DNA of 56,979 bases, filler included, from Dugesia japonica (lineage: Eukaryota), in NCBI GenBank assembly GCA_001938525.1. It is 5 parts of 5 records of this genome, joined end to end, with 100 filler letters (N's around TTAATTAATTAA, not from the genome) between each part and the next. Parts side by side here need not be neighbours in the genome. Positions count along the whole stretch, not along the records: positions 41,409 to 56,979 come from MQRL01595302.1; 4 more parts are not named here. The stretch is one strand, 5' to 3'. The position numbers were made by a program, and so were the translations under genes. This document shows, one piece after another, positions 50,750 through 56,979 of the stretch (within the stretch, counting starts at the first letter, position 1; each line of letters begins with the position of its first letter). The notes beneath the pieces were generated by a model that saw only the letters and a list, made by a program, of their open reading frames with translations, did no database searches and was not told the DNA's origin.

Positions 50750-53700
50750 TTACAAGTCACTGGCTGATCGGATTCCTTGGGTTGCTGGTTTTGATTTGGT
50801 TAATTATTTGACTCGAATATTGATTTTTTGATTATTGCATATGTTTATTGTCACGTGTGTTCTGATTGCGTGATTGTGTGTTTGATTAAAAATGGTTTGT
50901 GTTTTCCCCAACAAATTCGTGTTACTGGTGGTAGAAAAACCTTTTATATATATTACTGGCAGTTTATTTGTACATTTTTGTTGATTTTTTTAAAGTAACC
51001 TATGATATTTTACATTTAAAAGTCAATAATGCTTAACCGACAATTCTCCAAAAGGTTTCCGTTTCTTCAAATAACAAAAAAGTCATCAAATCTATTTTGA
51101 TAAAAGCCATTAAAATCTTTGTATGCAACCATTCTCTATTTATTTTACAGTTGTTCAATATTATTTCTTGATATAGTTTTCTCATTTGATATATCAGGTT
51201 GTGATACAAAAAATCGATTTTATTATTGAAATAAGAGGCCAGTTTGATATCTAATTTGTTTACTTGCTTTTAGAGGCTTTAATGAGTATTGTAGGTTTAA
51301 TTTTATCATAAATTAATTTTTCCTTTACTATTTGTTTCTGATTTGTTTGAGTAATATCGTTAATTGTACTTTCATTTATTTCACAGTAATCGTTTAATTT
51401 CATACTTTGAATAAGAGTAACATCTTGATTATTATAATTAGAAATTCTTGTAATTGGTTTTCTTTACAGCAGCTAAACATTTTATTAATTCTCCTATGTC
51501 AATAAATCTCATTAAATTTCTCGATGAATGTGTTAAATATATTATAGGAGCTGGTTTTTCTTATACTATTGTCATTTCTCCCTTTTTGTCTCTTGTTTCA
51601 TTTTTTAATTTTGTCAAGGTACATTCACTCTCTCTTGTATCACAACTGAAATATTATAAATTACAAAAGGGATGTGTCATCAATTTTCCGGTAACTGAAT
51701 CAAATGAAGCTTTAGATTTTCTCAGTTCTACATAAAACATCCGTCTTACTACTAAACTATTTCTCCATTTTACCTATAAATAGTAGTTTCCTCATCCATA
51801 CCATCCTTTTCCAGATGACGATTCAACTATATTTTTTGGTTTTCTTACTTTTACTTTAACTCTTGCATATAATTCCCTTTTTCAATTTACTGTTATTCTT
51901 TTGTTTTTAAATGCTTTATCGCAGTGTTCTGCTAATATATTTACTGCTTCTGGAGACCAACTTGGCTCTAGCGGTGTTACTTGGAATTCATCACATTAGA
52001 AAACTTCCTAGGAATATTTCACGATACATTCCTTCGCTTCTACTTGATTAAATTCTGATTTCTAATACACATGCATAATTATAGGTTCAGAACAGGAACG
52101 GTAAATAAATTTTTTAAAATTTCCCGGGAATTCCCGGGAATGACTTTCTATTTCAGATATTTTTAAATTTATGGGGGAGCTTCTGGACAATTTTCTACGT
52201 CCATTAATGAATATTATTACACCAAACCGATTTACTTCAATTAAAGGCTAATATAGCATTTATCTCTTTTGCTAAGTCAAGCAATAATGTTAATTTTAGT
52301 AATATTGTACAAATAAAAGATTGATTACTTTTAATCCCGCTTTTATTGATTAAATTTCTGGCATCGTTTTCTCGTTGAGAAATGTTTGCAGGGTCTCTAC
52401 TGATATTCGCCAATATTATAAGATCTCGAATTATATGGTTTGACTTTCTCTCTTTTGCATGGCCAATGGCCTCTGCTATGTCTTTTAGTCAAACTACTTG
52501 GTTTCTTATTGGTGATGGTTCATTCAGTCTCAGCCTACTTGTATTTTCTTCATTAGAGAGGCCTGGTTCAACCAGATGTCTTGGTTTCTTTGATTCTGTA
52601 TTTTTAGTAAAATTTTATTTGAGTTGATTGATTTGTATTCTCTATTGGAGCTTGTTTTTTTCTTTTGAAGATTCTGGTTTCTTGAATATTTTCTAGGTAA
52701 ATTACTTAGTTTTTCGTTTTTATCTTTTATTTCATCGACCATATCTTGGTCTGAAATGTCATGCATTTCGTTTAATGACTTTTGCTGCTGATCTGAGAGC
52801 TTGTTTACTATTTTAATTCGTACATGATTATCGTTTTTGGGAAAAATATCATATTCCATCAACCATTTATCTTCAACTAACTTTTGATTATAAAAATATA
52901 ATTTTATTTCATCACTCTTCTCTAATGGTATTGGCCATCTTTCTTTTATAATTTTTCGCATTTTCTCAGTTTTAGTAAGCCCTTGCGTATTTATTCTTAT
53001 AAATTTTATATTAAAGCTACCAAGTTCTGTAAAAGCTTGTATTACTTAGTGTTTCTACCAACTTAAGTTTGCTTTAACAAATTCGCTATAATTTTTTATC
53101 AATTCGTCTGTTATTTCTTCAAATTCTATTCTGTCTTTTACTTTTACTAATGGGATTATTAACTTTTTAAATTCATGATAGTTTATGGAATATTCAATGA
53201 TATATTTTAATTACTGTGTGAATCTGAGTTCGCTATTGTTATTTTTGGCCATTTCATGTCTTAAATTTTCTATCATTGATTTTTGTTTACACTCGTCTAC
53301 TTCTTCGTCTAAATCTACTTTAGCTGTTTCATAAGTATTTATCTCAAATTCATTTTTCTCTGGTTGCCTTTCTTGCATTCTCTCACTCCTGATTCGAAAT
53401 TCCTAACATTTTGCTCTCATATTGTCGTATTCCTCATTTTGTTCAACTTCAATAGCATTTAAACCTTTTGTGTCAGATCCAAATGATACTTCTTTCTTTA
53501 TTATATTTCTAGATTCTCGCTTTTGGCTTCTACAAACTCAGGCTAAATGCCCGTACCTATTACAATTATAACATGTTATTTGTCCTCTATTTTTTACTCT
53601 ACCTCTTCCTTCGTTTAAATATAGTCAATTCCTTCCTAGTTCATTATTGAAGTTCCTCTTTGGTCTTCCGTAATATCGGTTATATAATTTTGTTCAAATT

Positions 53701-53760
53701 ATCTTTTATGGCTGTATCCACTACTGTTAAATCTTGGGCTCAAGTTTCTATGACCTATAT
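50750..53760 (-). mobile_element. Degenerate non-LTR retrotransposon (L1/Tx1-like): ORF1 CCHC, APE start, decayed RT
   Basis: ITCYNCNRYGHLA*VCRS (about 53530-53580); KFIRINTQGL (APE N-x-x-G-L, about 52980-53005); IIRDLIILAN and G.R..S.SP RT-like remnants. Confidence 0.6.
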
Positions 53761-55048
53761 TATAATTATTATTCCAATTTCTCTTTAGTTAAGAGTTTAG
53801 AATAATATTTGCGACAAAATACCAATATAAGTTTCCTACAATAACAATAATCGAGGTCACTAGGCTCACGATGTCGTCTGTCAAACCAGAGCGAATATTA
53901 TTGAAGTGTAAACCCGAACCAAAGGAATGAAAGTATGCACTCGAACTAAGGGTTACGAAAATTTAGAATAGAGATTCTAGATCAAATTCTTCACGGGTTT
54001 TTGCTAGGTCATGTTACTATAGATAATAATAAAAAGATTGAGCTGGATAAATGAAATCCCAAAAAAGAATACTTTAGATAAAATATATTAAAGAATTCAA
54101 TTTTTTTATAAATATTCTTTAATAATACTGTAATAAAAACATCATTTAAATTTGAAAATTCAGTTTCAAATTATTATCAATGTTTATTATTATATAGTTT
54201 AGTTTAGAACACTGTTATATAGTGTGCAATTAAATAAATCTTAAGTTTTAGAAATTGAATGATACAACTAAGAAAGAAATAAAATATTTTACAAAGAATC
54301 ACAGTCGAAAACATTCAAAATACATCTAAAGAAATGTTAAGAACATAGCATCAATAATAAAAAAAGAATTTATAATTTTCTTATACATAGCTTAATCTGA
54401 CTTTGACATTAGATTTTTAAAAAATTTTAACGTATCAATAAGAAATTTATTAATTACAATACAAACCATAAGTAATTTTTTTTAATTAAATATATTTATT
54501 ATATATCTAATATATATCTAATTTTAATAACACACTGAAGCATTGACGTTTTACCATAGGCGTGTTTTGATGCCGTGATTTTGCAAAGAAAAACTAAAAA
54601 TAATTACTTTGCATAAATTACAGTTAAATCTCAGCCAAATGTATTTAAAATATTACTTACACATATATACAATCTAATCAATGAAATATAATTTAAAATT
54701 TTTAGTACTGTATAAATCTTTCTTTGTTAATTGTCAAAAAATTTTAAAATAAAATCAGGCATTTGAATTATTTTATTTTACAAGATATGATTGAAATTTT
54801 AAATTGGTTATAATGTTACTGAATTATTTCATTTATTATTTGTAATTGTTTTGATAAATAAATTTAAATTCTTCAAATCGAATCAAATTATACTTCAATA
54901 ACATTTCAATATATAAGAATTTTACCTTAAGAGTTGTTTTACTATGCTATCTACATGGTATTATATAATAGTTATTATTTAAAAATTGACTTTAATAAAA
55001 TTAATTAATACTTAAGTCTCTGTTTTGTTTTTAGAAATGCAATATTAA

Positions 55049-56506
55049 ATGAAGTTTTCTATTATTTACACTATCAGAAAATTTTTAATTAAAATCGGTT
55101 TAAAACAGCATCCATTGCCTTTGAATCGAAAAATTTTAATTGGCAATTTTGACTCATCAGCAATTAATGCGAATTATTCTCATGACAGTAAATATAAGTA
55201 TCCGAATAATTATATTAAATCTTCTCGATATACAATTGTAAATTTTCTTCCGAAAAATCTTTTTGAACAGTTTCAAAGAATTGCAAATTTCTATTTTTTA
55301 TGCATTGCTTTAATTCAATTGTTCATCGAAACTTCCGTTCCAATATTTTTGAATATATTTCCTTTAATATTTGTGATTTGTGCTACAATGATAAAACAAG
55401 GTTATGAAGATATTCTGCGTCATTTAGCGGATGCGGAAGTCAATAATTTGCTAGTTCAAGTTCTGAGAAATGGAAAACTAATCAAAATCAAATCAAAAGA
55501 CATTGTAATAGGGGATATTGTCTATTGTGAAAAGAATGAAACATTTCCTTGTGATCTTGTATTACTTTCATCAAGTGAATATTCTGGAATTTGCTATGTC
55601 ACCACTGCAAGCTTAGACGGTGAAACTAATCTAAAGGTTTTCTCAGCTTCTCCAAAAACAAAAGCATTTAATGACTGCTCAAAAATCAATCAAGGATTAC
55701 ATTTCGTGATTCAATGCGAGCATCCAACCGAAGATCTTTATCGTTTCGAAGGACAAATTTCTCCAATAAATAATCTTTACGATGTTAGTCCTTTGATTTC
55801 CAATAATCTTTTATTGAGAGGTGCCAGACTACGCAATACGGATTACATTTTTGGTTGCGCTGTTTATACCGGACAAGACACTAAAATGGCCTTGAATTCC
55901 TGTTCGAAAACTGCCAAATTTTCCCAAGTGGAATTGAGATTAAATTTATTTTTAGCTGTTTTTCTATTGGTTCTTTTATTTGCTGGTGTTTTATGTACAA
56001 CATTGAAGTATATGATGGTAAAATCGGTATTTCTAGATTCGTTTTATATTCCATATAGCAGTACAGCTGCTTGGAAAGTCGTTGAAACCTTTCTAACATT
56101 TATTGTTTTGTTTAATTATTTGATTCCCATATCACTTTATGTGACAATTGAGTTACAGAAATTTTTTGGATCAATGTTTTTTGGATGGGACTTGAACATG
56201 TATGATCCGATCAATGATTTATGTGCCAGGTCGAATACTTCTGATTTGAATGAGGAGTTGGGGCAAATTGAATTTCTATTCAGTGATAAAACTGGAACTT
56301 TGACAGAGAATGAAATGCGATTTCGGCAAGCATCAATCGACGGTGTGAAATTTATCGACAATGAAGGAGAATTGCTGGATGCATCAACTCAACAAGCAAT
56401 CGATTTGACGAATTTACCGGATAAAGTTGAACAATTTTTCACAGTTTTATCACTATGTCATACTGTAAGAGTAGAATCAAGAACGAAAAATCAGAAAGAA
56501 TATCAG
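55049..56506 (+). CDS. ATP11: P4-type ATPase phospholipid flippase, ATP11-like (class IF/IG/IH); large coding exon, gene continues
   Basis: FLPKNLFEQFQRIANFYFL, KQGYED, SLDGETNLK, LLLRGARLRNT, IPISLYVTIELQKF.GS.F.GWD, EELGQIEFLFSDKTGTLTENEM, LSLCHTV; donor CAG|GTATTT at 56506/7 just before the expected ASSPDE. Confidence 0.95.
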
Positions 56507-56979
56507 GTATTTTCATGTTTGGTTATTTGAATTTATCTTTATCCTCATTATTTGATGACTCAATTGAATCATTAAATTTTACTTTTCTTTTGTAACTCAG
56601 ATAAAATTAATTTAAATATTGAAAATATTTATACAAAATCACTTTGTTGGTATTTCTGTGAAATAACTTGATAAATGAAATCATTTGAAAATTAACTATT
56701 CAATGTCAAACATGTGATTGAATTTTATATTCAAAAATCTCNNNNNNNNNNNNNNNNNNNNNNNNNNNNNNNNNNNNNNNNNNNNNNNNNNNNNNNNNNN
56801 NNNNNNNNNNNNNNNNNNNNNAAAACATTTTAGAAAGATCATCATCAATAGTGTTGATTAAAATTAAAATAAATATCTATAGTCTTTTGTAATGAAGTAA
56901 TTATTTTACTGACTTTATTTTTCTCGATTGATTACATAACACAAGACATTCTTATATGAAATACTCATCGTATTTTAAT

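Noticed and set aside
55881-56361. Antisense ORFs within the ATPase (and similar ones opposite pol genes)
   Set aside because: Shadow frames of real coding sequence

Overview
This is a very AT-rich, gap-ridden eukaryotic (metazoan-like) draft sequence, stitched from at least 5 pieces by identical 100-bp linkers (44 N + TTAATTAATTAA + 44 N), so adjacency across those linkers is unreliable. The only clear host gene is a ~1.46-kb coding exon of an ATP11-like P4-ATPase flippase at the right end. The rest is mostly decayed mobile DNA. It includes five Ty3/Gypsy remnants (one nested exactly in another's integrase with LTRs, PBS, PPT and a 5-bp TSD), an L1/Tx1-like LINE, mariner/Tc1 and hAT fragments, hAT and piggyBac MITEs, and Polinton/Maverick pieces (pPolB with EndoVII domain, adenain protease, DEDD-like nuclease, second pPolB fragment). 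The most interesting signal is a ~21-bp motif (AGTAGGTAGATAGTRGCGCAC) found six times. It is usually followed by a C/G-run and a different short-repeat array (CCAAT, palindromic GGTGTGAA-nn-TTCACACC, YY1-like, Sp1/AP-1-like). It abuts either Polinton genes or one of two families of small, duplicated, intron-containing orphan genes that the ORF track misses. My inference is a Polinton-like element family with modular termini and spliced cargo genes; this is unverified. All calls were made by eye, with no database searches.
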